64,000 nt of DNA, from positions 384,001 to 448,000 of the forward strand of contig CAVYYZ010000011.1 of assembly GCA_963772835.1 (NCBI GenBank), written 5' to 3'. The DNA is from an uncultured delta proteobacterium. GTDB taxonomy: Bacteria; Desulfobacterota; Desulfuromonadia; Geobacterales; Pseudopelobacteraceae. A program made the position numbers and the translations under genes. Below, piece by piece: positions 9,776 through 18,609 of the stretch; the stretch's first letter is position 1, and each line of letters starts with the position of its first letter. A model generated the notes under the pieces. The model searched no databases. It worked only from the letters and a program-made list of their open reading frames with translations, and had not been told where the DNA came from.

Positions 9776-10682
9776 CTAAAAAGTGTACTGAACCGTTATG
9801 CCGTTGAAGCCGGAGCGGATATCAGGCGATATCTGTATGTTCATTTTATTCGGAGTGGTATTTCTGTGAAAGCTGACTACAGACTTTCCGATAAAGTACC
9901 CGAGAGCAGCACCAAAAAAAACGTCTGACGTCCAATGCTTGTTATCATAGATGCGTGACAGACCGGCAAGAGTTGCCAGTCCATAGGCGAAAGCCGGCAC
10001 ATAGTGAGAATCCTTGTACTGTTCAGCAAACACAGTTGCAATTGAGAAGGCTGTAACGGTATGTCCTGAACAGAATGAAACGTTTTTCAGATTGAAGTTC
10101 GGTCCCTCCCACCGGTAGGGCGAGGCACCGCTGTTCGGCCTGTCCCGCTGGGTAGTCGCCTTTATCACTTCGGTGAATACCGCGCTGATGGCAAGACTCT
10201 CCACAGCCAGCAGGGAGGTCGTACGGGCTTTACTGTCATCATGGAGATGCCCGTACAGATAAAAAGCTCCGAGAGAGGGAAGAGTGTAGATTGGACTTCC
10301 CAATATCTGTCCCGCTGAAGCAAGTGTATCTCCAGTGGGACTCTGGTTTCGCTGAGAAAAATCTCTTATACCGGCATCGGCAAGAAAGAGACCGCCGGTA
10401 ACGGCGACCACCCCCCCCGGCAATCAGCCAGTCACCCGAATCGGCTCGCAAGGGCGCGGTCAGTAGTTTTCCTGTATCGGTTATATATCCCGAAACATAA
10501 TCCGCAGAAATACGATCAGGTATTACCGCTGCAGTTTTCTCTGCTGAGGATAATTCATCACTGCGCAAGATCGACAGCTGCCCCGGTACCGGCGGCAGGT
10601 ATATATCCTCCGCATGGACCGTGTTATATAAGAAACACACGCTGAATAAGGACAGAACAACGGTACGAAACAACACGCCCAT
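9776..10682 (-). pseudogene. PAP2-family phosphatase with signal peptide, frameshifted at a G8 homopolymer
   Basis: ORF 10682-10239 carries a signal peptide. ORF 10423-9776 carries PAP2 motifs KxxxxxxRP, (C)SGH and SRxxxxxHxxxD. Removing one base from C8 at 10411-10418 joins them (WLIAGGVVAVTGGLFLAD). Confidence 0.8.
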
Positions 10683-10884
10683 CGACTGCGGATGTATTGT
10701 GCTGCGAAATAGGTACGTAACGCCTCCTCCGGTCTGTTCAGTTAAGCCTGACCAGTAAATCAGGCTACACGGTCGGCGTTTAAACGGATGTGATGTGCGT
10801 CACGGAAAGATCGATACTGTGACGTACAGCAGTCGTTGTGATCAGGCACACTTAAATGGAGAGAATTGTGAACCGGTGCGACTG

Positions 10885-10926
10885 AAAAAGAAACGGCCTC
10901 CGGTTTAACACATCTCCGGAGGCCGT
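10885..10926 (-). terminator. intrinsic terminator downstream of htpG
   Basis: Inverted repeat ACGGCCTCCGG (10893-10903) / CCGGAGGCCGT (10916-10926), followed on the minus strand by TTCTTTTT. Confidence 0.75.
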
Positions 10927-10954
10927 GCATACGTAATATATTTTCCCGTCTTAG

Positions 10955-12889
10955 TTAGCGGGCAGCTTTGACCATCAGATCACTTACAAGTTTTGTAAAA
11001 CGGAGAGGATCTTTAATTGCGGATCCTTCCGTCAGAAGCGCCTGATCGTAGAGCAGATCAGCGTAATCGGTGAGAGCCGGCGCAGCCGCATCATTCTGAT
11101 GAATAGATGCCATGGCCTTCAGAATGGCATGATCAGGGTTCAGCTCAAGAATACGTTTCGATTCCGGAACAGTCTGGTTCATAGCCTTCATGATTCGTTC
11201 CATGTTGGCGTTCATGCCGTATTCGTCAGCAACGAGACAACAAGCGCTGTCGGTTAGACGGTTTGAAAAACGAACCTCCTTGACCTTGTCTTTCAGACGA
11301 TCGGTAATCAGAGAAATCAGATCACTGAATTCCTTCTGTGCTTCTTCGCGTTTCTTTTCCTTTTCCTTCTTCTCCTCTTCGCTGTCCAGGCTGATATCGC
11401 CGCGGTCAACCGCTTTAAGCGCTTTTTCATTGTATTCGGTCAGCGATTGAACAACCCACTCATCGACCGGATCAGTCAGGAAGAGGACCTCGTACCCTTT
11501 GGCCCGGAAAACTTCCAGATGAGGGGACTGTTCCAGGGTCTCGCGGCTTGAACCGGTGATATAATAAATATCTTTTTGCCCTTCCGGCATTCTGCTGGCA
11601 TACTCTTTCAGCGAAACAAAGGATCCGGTATCGGTAGCGGTGCTTTCAAACAGGATAAGTTCCTGCAACTTTTCCTTGTTCGCATAATCAAAGTGCAACC
11701 CTTCTTTAATGACCTGACCGAACTCCTTCCAGAAGGTAATGTATTCATCGAAGTTCTGATCCTTAACCTCTGAAAGTGTCGAAAGAATTTTTCCGACCAG
11801 ACTTTTTTGAATCCGTTTGATCTGAACATCCTCCTGGAGGATTTCGCGGGACACATTCAGCGGGAGATCAGATGAATCAACAACACCTTTGACAAAACGG
11901 AGGTAGTCAGGAATCAGCTCTTCGCATTTATCGCTGATGAAAACGCGTCGAACGTACAGTTGAAGACCCTTTTTGCGGTCATTCATGAACATGTCGAACG
12001 GCTTCTTGGCCGGTAGGTAGAGCAGGGCTTTAAATTCACTTACGCCTTCTGCTGAAAAATGAATGGTGCGAAACGGCGCGTCGTAATCATGGGAGACATG
12101 CTTGTAGAACTCAGTATATTCATCTTCGGTGACATCGCTTTTTGCACGTGTCCAGATCGCTTTCATCGAATTAAGAGTCTGCTCTTCGGTCGTATCGATG
12201 GTGCCGGCACCCTCGATTTCCTCCCCATTTACCCCTTTCGGGGTTTCACTGCGGGTGATATCCATGACCACCGGATACTGGATGTAATCGGAATACTTTT
12301 TGACGATCGAACGGATCTTCCATTCGTCAAGGTACTGTTTGAACTCTTCTTTAAGGTGAAGGGTGATTTCGGTGCCACGCAATTCGCGTGTGCATTCCTC
12401 TACCGTATAACTCCCGTCTCCGGCTGATTCCCAGCGGCATCCGTCAGCAGCAGCCCCACCTTTGCGGGTTTCCAGCGTTACCCGGTCTGCAACCATAAAT
12501 GAGGCATAGAATCCGACGCCGAACTGACCGATCATCTCAGGATTGTTGCTGGCGGCCTTTTCCTTAAGAGACTGCATGAACGCTTTAGTACCGGAGCGGG
12601 CGATGGTGCCGATATTCTCTTCAACCTCAGCCATATTCATGCCGATGCCGTTGTCGCGAATAACCAGAGTACCTGCTTCTTTGTCTGGAATCAGTTTGAT
12701 TTTCCAGTCACTGTTCCCTTCAAGGAGGGTTTCGTCGGAATGTGATTCAAAGCGGATTTTGTCGATGGCATCGGATGCGTTGGAAATCAGCTCACGCAGG
12801 AATATGTCTTTGTTGGAATAAAGTGAGTGGATAACCAGATCAAGTAGTTGCTGCACTTCGGTCTGGAACTGTTTGGTGGTTTTAGCCAT
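10955..12889 (-). CDS. htpG: molecular chaperone HtpG (Hsp90)
   Basis: [52 protein letters not shown]. Start at ATG 12889 with GAAGGAG RBS. Confidence 0.97.
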   Translation of the reverse strand: MAKTTKQFQTEVQQLLDLVIHSLYSNKDIFLRELISNASDAIDKIRFESHSDETLLEGNSDWKIKLIPDKEAGTLVIRDNGIGMNMAEVEENIGTIARSGTKAFMQSLKEKAASNNPEMIGQFGVGFYASFMVADRVTLETRKGGAAADGCRWESAGDGSYTVEECTRELRGTEITLHLKEEFKQYLDEWKIRSIVKKYSDYIQYPVVMDITRSETPKGVNGEEIEGAGTIDTTEEQTLNSMKAIWTRAKSDVTEDEYTEFYKHVSHDYDAPFRTIHFSAEGVSEFKALLYLPAKKPFDMFMNDRKKGLQLYVRRVFISDKCEELIPDYLRFVKGVVDSSDLPLNVSREILQEDVQIKRIQKSLVGKILSTLSEVKDQNFDEYITFWKEFGQVIKEGLHFDYANKEKLQELILFESTATDTGSFVSLKEYASRMPEGQKDIYYITGSSRETLEQSPHLEVFRAKGYEVLFLTDPVDEWVVQSLTEYNEKALKAVDRGDISLDSEEEKKEKEKKREEAQKEFSDLISLITDRLKDKVKEVRFSNRLTDSACCLVADEYGMNANMERIMKAMNQTVPESKRILELNPDHAILKAMASIHQNDAAAPALTDYADLLYDQALLTEGSAIKDPLRFTKLVSDLMVKAAR

Positions 12890-12932
12890 AGCTTCTGCGT
12901 CTCCTTCGGTGTGATGAAATATGATAGGTCCA

Positions 12933-12964
12933 ACATAATCACAATGCATCAGGTTTTCAAGGGG
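12933..12964 (-). promoter_or_regulatory. putative sigma32 (RpoH)-type promoter of htpG
   Basis: Minus strand CCCCTTGAA, 15 nt, GATTATGT. The -35 matches the sigma32 CTTGAA consensus. Confidence 0.55.
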
Positions 12965-13172
12965 AAGCGCCGTAAAAAAAACCGGATTTACAATATTTAG
13001 ACATTGCGAAGGGAAACGGCCCCATCATAGGGAAGCACCGTATACCGAGGGTGCTGAGTTTGACATAACGTGCTCAATTACTCACATTCCCCGGTCCTGG
13101 AACAGATGTATCTTTTCAAGAACGTCCGGCCCCGGGATAGAAGACATTAACGGATGCCTGCTAAACAGATAA

Positions 13173-13200
13173 TTGATTATCAAATCAGTTATGCTATAGT
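13173..13200 (+). promoter_or_regulatory. putative sigma70 promoter for the S1-like gene
   Basis: TTGATT, 16 nt, TATAGT, with extended -10 TGn. Confidence 0.5.
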
Positions 13201-13235
13201 CCCGAACAATACCTGTCCGGAGGAGTAATACATAT

Positions 13236-14468
13236 ATGATAGATAAAAATGCGAGTGATGAAGACATCAGTATGGAAGAAGCGGAATCTGAAGACGGCAG
13301 TTTTGCCGAACTCTTTAAGCAAAGCGATGAAAAGGGCAGAAGCTGGCTGGAGCCTGGTCAAAAGCTGACAGGAAAAGTTCTTAAGATCGGCAATGAATGG
13401 ATATTCATGGATACCGGCCAGAAAGGGGAGGGGGTCATTGAAAGGAAGGAGTTCCTGGATATAGACGGCAACCTCACTGTTGCGGAAGGTGACACCATAT
13501 CTGCATATTTCCTTTCTTCAAGCCACGGGGAGATGCGCTTCACGACCAGAATCGGCGGTGGTGCCTCTGGGGGCGGCAGTACCCAGCTTGAGCAGGCCTG
13601 GCAGGCGGGCGTACCGGTGGAAGGGGTCGTGGAAAAAGAAATCAAGGGCGGGTATGAAATTAAACTGGGTGTGTCCCGAGCCTTTTGCCCGTATTCGCAG
13701 ATTGCACTCCGGCGCGTTGAAAATCCGGAAACGCTGATCGGCACACGACTGACGTTTCAGATCAGCGAATATGCTGAAAACGGTCGCAACATCATCGTAT
13801 CACGGCGCGCTCTTCTCGAGGTTGAACAGCGTCGGTTAAAAGAGGAGGCGCAGGCGGGCATCAGTGAAGGGATGACAGTGGCCGGGACGGTGACATCACT
13901 CCAGGATTATGGTGCTTTTGTCGACATCGGTGGGTTGGAAGGGCTGATTCCGGTCTCTGAGATCGCCTGGAGCCGTGTTAAAGATGTTCGCGATGTACTG
14001 AGCGTCGGGCAGCAATTGAATGTAGTCATAAAATCAATCGACAGAGAAAAGGAGCGGATTTCCTTAAGCATCAAGGATACACTTGCCGATCCATGGGAAA
14101 AGGTGTCTGACAGATTCCCGGAAGGTTCATTTCATGCCGGCACGGTTGCCCGTCTGGACACCTTTGGAGCATTTGTTACCTTATGTGACGGCATAGACGG
14201 CCTGCTTCATATATCGAAACTCGGTGGCGGAAAGCGCATCAACCACCCACGGGAAATTATCAGGGAAGGAGAACAGATCGAAGTCAAAATTGAGAGCATC
14301 GATCGCACAAACCGTCGCATCTCGCTCGCTCTGGCCGGCCCGGCCCGTGCCGCTGCTGAGGAAGCGGCCACAATGGATGAATTTCGCCGACAGGCGGATG
14401 ATGCTCCCGGGGGGATGGGCACACTGGCTGATATGATGCGTTCCAGGCCCCAGAGGGGTAAAAAATAG
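13236..14468 (+). CDS. 30S ribosomal protein S1-like protein (short, about 4 S1 domains)
   Basis: SFAELF N-terminus, RAFCPYSQI, NIIVSRR, YGAFVDIGGLEGLIPVSE, FGAFV...DGLLHISKL, RISL. 410 aa. Confidence 0.88.
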   Translation: MIDKNASDEDISMEEAESEDGSFAELFKQSDEKGRSWLEPGQKLTGKVLKIGNEWIFMDTGQKGEGVIERKEFLDIDGNLTVAEGDTISAYFLSSSHGEMRFTTRIGGGASGGGSTQLEQAWQAGVPVEGVVEKEIKGGYEIKLGVSRAFCPYSQIALRRVENPETLIGTRLTFQISEYAENGRNIIVSRRALLEVEQRRLKEEAQAGISEGMTVAGTVTSLQDYGAFVDIGGLEGLIPVSEIAWSRVKDVRDVLSVGQQLNVVIKSIDREKERISLSIKDTLADPWEKVSDRFPEGSFHAGTVARLDTFGAFVTLCDGIDGLLHISKLGGGKRINHPREIIREGEQIEVKIESIDRTNRRISLALAGPARAAAEEAATMDEFRRQADDAPGGMGTLADMMRSRPQRGKK

Positions 14469-14471
14469 CCG

Positions 14472-14801
14472 ATGGTTGACGTTTCTGCTGAAGATCGTGA
14501 ATGGGACAGTCGCTGCCTGCACTGCGGCCGCTGCTGCTTTGAAAAAATTGAAGATGAACGGGGTAATATCTTCTACACACTCTCCTCGTGCCGATTTCTT
14601 GACGTGGTCAGTCGGGAGTGCAAGATTTTTGAACGCCGGTTTGAGATCAATCCCGGTTGTATAAAATTGACGCCGGAATTAGTTAAGACGTTGCGATGGC
14701 TCCCCCGCGATTGCGGGTATCGTAAGAAAACCGTTGAACCGGACGGCGTTGTCAAGAAAAGAAGGAAAAACCCTGGGAAACAGGATCGGGAAAAGACGTG
14801 A
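14472..14801 (+). CDS. YkgJ-like cysteine-cluster protein
   Basis: CxxCGxCC ... CRFLD ... CKIFERR ... C ... WLP..CGY (8 Cys). Confidence 0.8.
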   Translation: MVDVSAEDREWDSRCLHCGRCCFEKIEDERGNIFYTLSSCRFLDVVSRECKIFERRFEINPGCIKLTPELVKTLRWLPRDCGYRKKTVEPDGVVKKRRKNPGKQDREKT

Positions 14802-14829
14802 TGCCTTGTTCGGCTTTTCCCGATGTTTT
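14785..14829 (+). terminator. possible stem-loop terminator between convergent genes
   Basis: ATCGGGAAAAG (14785-14795) / CTTTTCCCGAT (14814-14824), then GTTTT. Confidence 0.4.
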
Positions 14830-14859
14830 CGGCCTATTGCATGTTTTTTTAAGGGTCGA

Positions 14860-15732
14860 CTACAGCACTAACCCATCTACCAGATCTAATACAACTTCAG
14901 CCCGGTTAAGGGTGTATATGTGTATGCCAGGTACGCCGGCTTCGAGAAGTTCCTGAGCCTGGCGCCGGGCATAGGCAACTCCTACTTTTTGCACCGCAGC
15001 CGCACCCCCTGCCTGATCCGCTTTTTCCAGTTCAGCAAGAAAAAACGCCGGTATGGATGCTCCGCACAACGATACGATTCTTTTTATGACCTTCAGACTG
15101 ACGACCGGCAGGATGCCTGGAATGATCGGTCTGGTGATTCCGGCTTTTCGTGCCCGCGTCACAAATGAGTGATACATGCTGTTGTCAAAGAACAGTTGGG
15201 TGACGGCAAAGTCTGCGCCACTTTCACATTTCAGTTTCAAATAAGAGAGATCAGCGTCACTATTTGAGGACTCGGGGTGTACTTCGGGGTATCCGGCAAC
15301 ACCGATTCCCATGGAGGGGAACTCTGACCGAATCAGGCTCACCAGATCGGATGCGTATTGAAGAGGAGAGGGGAGAGGGGTCTCGACCGTTCCATCCTGC
15401 GGCAGATCGCCGCGCAAGGCCAGAACATTATCGACACCAGCGTCAGCAAGAGCGCTCAAAAACCGGGTAACTTCGGCGGTGTTTGAGCCGAGACAGGTCA
15501 GATGAGCCATTGTTTCAAGACCGAATTCCTGTTGGATCCGGGTGACTATTTCAAGCGAATCGACATTAGTGCTGCCGCCTGCGCCGTACGTTACCGAAGC
15601 AAAAAGCGGCTTCAGAACTTCAAGCCGCTGGACCGTCTTAAAAAAAGCGGGCCAGTCTTCACGTGTTTTTGGCGGAAAGTATTCAAGTGAGATAAATTGT
15701 GAATCCGGTTTGATGGCATCGATGATTTTCAT
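14860..15732 (-). CDS. metF: 5,10-methylenetetrahydrofolate reductase
   Basis: SLEYFPPK, SVTYGAGG, AHLTC, LALRGD, VAGYPEVHP, TQLFFD, IIPGILP, GIHIYTLN. Start at ATG 15732 with GGAG RBS. Confidence 0.95.
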   Translation of the reverse strand: MKIIDAIKPDSQFISLEYFPPKTREDWPAFFKTVQRLEVLKPLFASVTYGAGGSTNVDSLEIVTRIQQEFGLETMAHLTCLGSNTAEVTRFLSALADAGVDNVLALRGDLPQDGTVETPLPSPLQYASDLVSLIRSEFPSMGIGVAGYPEVHPESSNSDADLSYLKLKCESGADFAVTQLFFDNSMYHSFVTRARKAGITRPIIPGILPVVSLKVIKRIVSLCGASIPAFFLAELEKADQAGGAAAVQKVGVAYARRQAQELLEAGVPGIHIYTLNRAEVVLDLVDGLVL

Positions 15733-15961
15733 GATTCTCCGGTAATATTCTGGTACTCGAATTACAAGACTGTTTCTTTTATATAAAAAACAAAACAAAT
15801 AGCAATAGAAGATTTTATTCCGGGATTTTTGATTTGACAGTGTACAACCTGATAACGTATACAGGTGGCCCGCATTTTACTGTTTTTTCCCAGCTAGTTA
15901 GCTGTCTGTGACATGCATTGAGTGCCACCCTTATAATCCACCAAAAGAGAGAAACGGAACC

Positions 15962-16858
15962 ATGTTTAATTTGAAACCTGAAGTAGTCGCCCAGCTCGAA
16001 CGCGTGCTCGGCTCTGTAGAAATGCTGCTCCCCAAAGCAATTGCCCCGATAGACTGGCAACACTGCCCTGCAGCAAACTGGCGTAGACACTCATTTTCCG
16101 GATATCTTGAACCGGTAAGGGTGACTGATACGACCATGTTGAAGGAACTGCTCGGTGTGGAAGAACAAAAAGAAATCATGGTTAACAACACCCGGCAGTT
16201 TCTGGCCGGACTTCCGGCCAATAACGCCCTGTTGTGGGGGTCACGTGGTTCAGGAAAATCTTCTCTGGTCAAAGCATTGCTGAACGAATTCGCCCCGCAG
16301 GGGTTGCGTTTTATCCAGGTTGAAAAGGAAGACCTTATATATCTTTCTGAAATATTCACCGCAGTCGAAAACCAGCCATACCGCTTTATTCTGCTTTGTG
16401 ATGACCTGACATTTGAAGTCGGCGAACTGAGTTACAAGATGCTTAAAAGTGCCCTGGACGGATCAGTCTATTCGGCGCCTGAAAATGTCCTTATTTACGT
16501 AACTTCCAATCGACGTCATCTGCTGCCGGAGTATGAATCCGATCATCTGGGGGGCAAGTTTGTCAGAGGTGAACTGCAGCAGAGTGAAGCAATGGAGGAG
16601 AAAGTATCACTCTCTGATCGTTTCGGTATCTGGGTTGCCTTCTATGCGTTCTCCCAGGATCGTTATCTGGATGCAGTACGTCTGAATGTCGAGAAGGAGT
16701 GCAGTTTACGCAAGGTGCAGATTCCCTGGAACAGTGATATAGAGAGAGATGCAATCCAGTGGTCGCATGACAAGAGTAAACGGTGCGGCAGGACCGCCTT
16801 CCAGTTTGCCAGAAACTGGGTCGGCAGGCACCTGCTGCCTTCTCAGGGGCTCAAATGA
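15962..16858 (+). CDS. AAA+ ATPase, DUF815 family
   Basis: NTRQFLAGLPANNALLWGSRGSGKSSLVKA, FILLCDDL, YKMLKSALDG, YVTSNRRHL, EEKVSLSDRFG. Confidence 0.9.
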   Translation: MFNLKPEVVAQLERVLGSVEMLLPKAIAPIDWQHCPAANWRRHSFSGYLEPVRVTDTTMLKELLGVEEQKEIMVNNTRQFLAGLPANNALLWGSRGSGKSSLVKALLNEFAPQGLRFIQVEKEDLIYLSEIFTAVENQPYRFILLCDDLTFEVGELSYKMLKSALDGSVYSAPENVLIYVTSNRRHLLPEYESDHLGGKFVRGELQQSEAMEEKVSLSDRFGIWVAFYAFSQDRYLDAVRLNVEKECSLRKVQIPWNSDIERDAIQWSHDKSKRCGRTAFQFARNWVGRHLLPSQGLK

Positions 16859-16879
16859 AGCATAAGGGTTGAGAAAAAC

Positions 16880-17977
16880 ATGGCGAAAAAAATATTCATA
16901 GCGGCAACCGGTCAAAATACCGGTAAAACCACCGCCAGTCTGTTTTTGCTTCACCTGGCCCGCAAAAAGTACAAGCGCGTCGGGTTCATAAAGCCGATTG
17001 GACCAAAACCATCGATTCTTAAGGGAATTGTTGTTGATAAGGATGCCGCCCTGATTGCGCAGGTTTTCGGTCTTGAAAAAGATCTCCGCCTGATGTCGCC
17101 GGTTGTATTGAAACCCGGTTCAACCAGACAGGTCATTGATGGTGAGATCTCCGTTGATGATCTGCAGCAACGCGTTATCCACGCATGTGCAGAACTTGAA
17201 AACAAGTGTGATTATCTTATCATAGAAGGGGCAGGGCATGCCGGTGTCGGCTCTGTCATCAGATTGTCGAATGCCCGTATTGCAAAGCTGTTGAATGCTC
17301 CCGTATTGATGGTAACCGGTGGCGGGCTGGGCAACGTTGTTGATTCAGTCTACATGAACCTTGCGCTATTTCAAAAAGAGGGTGTTGATGTCCGGGCAAT
17401 TCTCGCTAATAAACTGATCCCTGAAAAACGCGACATTTCACTTGATTACCTGCGGCGCTGCTTTGTTGAAGAACCGTTCAAGGTGCTTGCAGGGTTTGAT
17501 TATCAACCGGTACTCGCCAACCCGACCTTGCGACGTATCGCCAATCTGCTGGCTTTGCCGCTGCACGGAAACAAACGAGATGCACAGCGAATAATCAATC
17601 AAATCCAGATCGGTGCGGCCTCGACCCAGAGAGTTGCGGAAATACTCAAAGAATCAACACTGTTGATTGTCACCAGCAGCCGCGATGAGCTTCTGGTGAC
17701 CATGGCCAACCTGTATCAGTTTCCTGCCTATCGCAGCAAGATTGCGGGGCTCCTTATTCCAGGGATTGTTCCGGTCAGTTCTATTACCCAGCAGATCATC
17801 GACCGGAGCAATATTCCGTATTTGCGAACACATGACCAATCAACAGCGGAACTGTATCGTATCATCACCGAAGACGTCTCCAAATTAACGGCGGAAGACA
17901 CCGAAAAGCTTGACCTTGTTAGAAAACTAGCCGAGGATTCCTTCGATTTTGATTCTCTTGATGCGATCTATTCCTGA
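16880..17977 (+). CDS. BioD-like P-loop/DRTGG protein (phosphotransacetylase N-terminal-like, no catalytic PTA domain)
   Basis: IFIAATGQNTGKTT, GFIKPIG, IIEGAGHAGVGS, SNARIA, degenerate DRTGG region. Confidence 0.8.
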   Translation: MAKKIFIAATGQNTGKTTASLFLLHLARKKYKRVGFIKPIGPKPSILKGIVVDKDAALIAQVFGLEKDLRLMSPVVLKPGSTRQVIDGEISVDDLQQRVIHACAELENKCDYLIIEGAGHAGVGSVIRLSNARIAKLLNAPVLMVTGGGLGNVVDSVYMNLALFQKEGVDVRAILANKLIPEKRDISLDYLRRCFVEEPFKVLAGFDYQPVLANPTLRRIANLLALPLHGNKRDAQRIINQIQIGAASTQRVAEILKESTLLIVTSSRDELLVTMANLYQFPAYRSKIAGLLIPGIVPVSSITQQIIDRSNIPYLRTHDQSTAELYRIITEDVSKLTAEDTEKLDLVRKLAEDSFDFDSLDAIYS

Positions 17978-18032
17978 TTTTATCCCGTATCTTTGAAGCT
18001 GAGGCTCAATCATTATATGTGATAGTTTATGA

Positions 18033-18077
18033 TTGACACTCCGTCGGGCTTTCTTTATATTGACTTTCAAGTTCAAT
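18033..18077 (+). promoter_or_regulatory. fur promoter with overlapping Fur-box-like palindrome
   Basis: TTGACA (18033-18038), 17 nt, TATATT (18056-18061); ATTGA-N9-TCAAT palindrome at 18059-18077. Confidence 0.65.
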
Positions 18078-18088
18078 AAGGAGGGCGA

Positions 18089-18520
18089 ATGATACACGAA
18101 AAAAAGAAGGCCTTTAACGATTTCGCAACCTCAAAAGGACTCCGCTCTACCCGCCAGCGCGACATTATACTCGATATTTTCCTTTCCACTCATCAGCATG
18201 TCAGCGTCGAAGAACTGTATCTGAACGTAAAAAACAGCACTCCCGGCATCGGTCAAGCCACGGTGTACCGTACTCTCAAACTTTTCGCGGAGGCCGGTCT
18301 GGCCCGGGAAGTGTTGCTGCATGATGGTCAGACCCGCTATGAACATGTGGTGGCTGGTGAACATCATGACCATCTGGTATGTACCGGGTGTGATACGATT
18401 ATTGAATTTGAGGATAAAACCATCGAGAAACTGCAGAAAAAAATTGCGACCGATCACGGTTTCTTTATCAAAAGTCACAAACTTGAAATTTACGGATTGT
18501 GTGCCGCCTGCCGAAAATGA
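18089..18520 (+). CDS. fur: ferric uptake regulator
   Basis: GLRSTRQR, HVSVEELY, IGQATVYRTL, HHDHLVCTGC, YGLCAAC. Confidence 0.95.
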   Translation: MIHEKKKAFNDFATSKGLRSTRQRDIILDIFLSTHQHVSVEELYLNVKNSTPGIGQATVYRTLKLFAEAGLAREVLLHDGQTRYEHVVAGEHHDHLVCTGCDTIIEFEDKTIEKLQKKIATDHGFFIKSHKLEIYGLCAACRK

Positions 18521-18571
18521 ATGGATCTGACTAATATCTTTTAATTATTTCGGCTTTTTTTTGAACTTGTA

Positions 18572-18588
18572 ATGAAAATGAATTTCAA
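18572..18588. promoter_or_regulatory. Fur box upstream of feoB
   Basis: ATGAAAATGAATTTCAA matches the deltaproteobacterial TGAAAATnATTTTCA palindrome. Confidence 0.75.
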
Positions 18589-18609
18589 AAGCAGAAAAGG
18601 ATGTGTTGA

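Noticed and set aside
13000..13170. Possible c-di-GMP/cGAMP (GEMM-I) riboswitch in the htpG-S1 intergenic region
   Set aside because: Only a loose GAAGGGAAAC resemblance; I could not find the GCAAA junction or the paired stems. An Rfam scan would settle it.
13173..13183. TTGAT-T-ATCAA as an FNR site
   Set aside because: Spacer is 1 nt rather than 4; better read as a -35 element
15733..15960. SAM riboswitch, sigma54 or CIRCE site between metF and DUF815
   Set aside because: No SAM-I core; TGGCAC...TGC has wrong GG-GC spacing (8 rather than 10); only half a CIRCE-like GAGTGCCA
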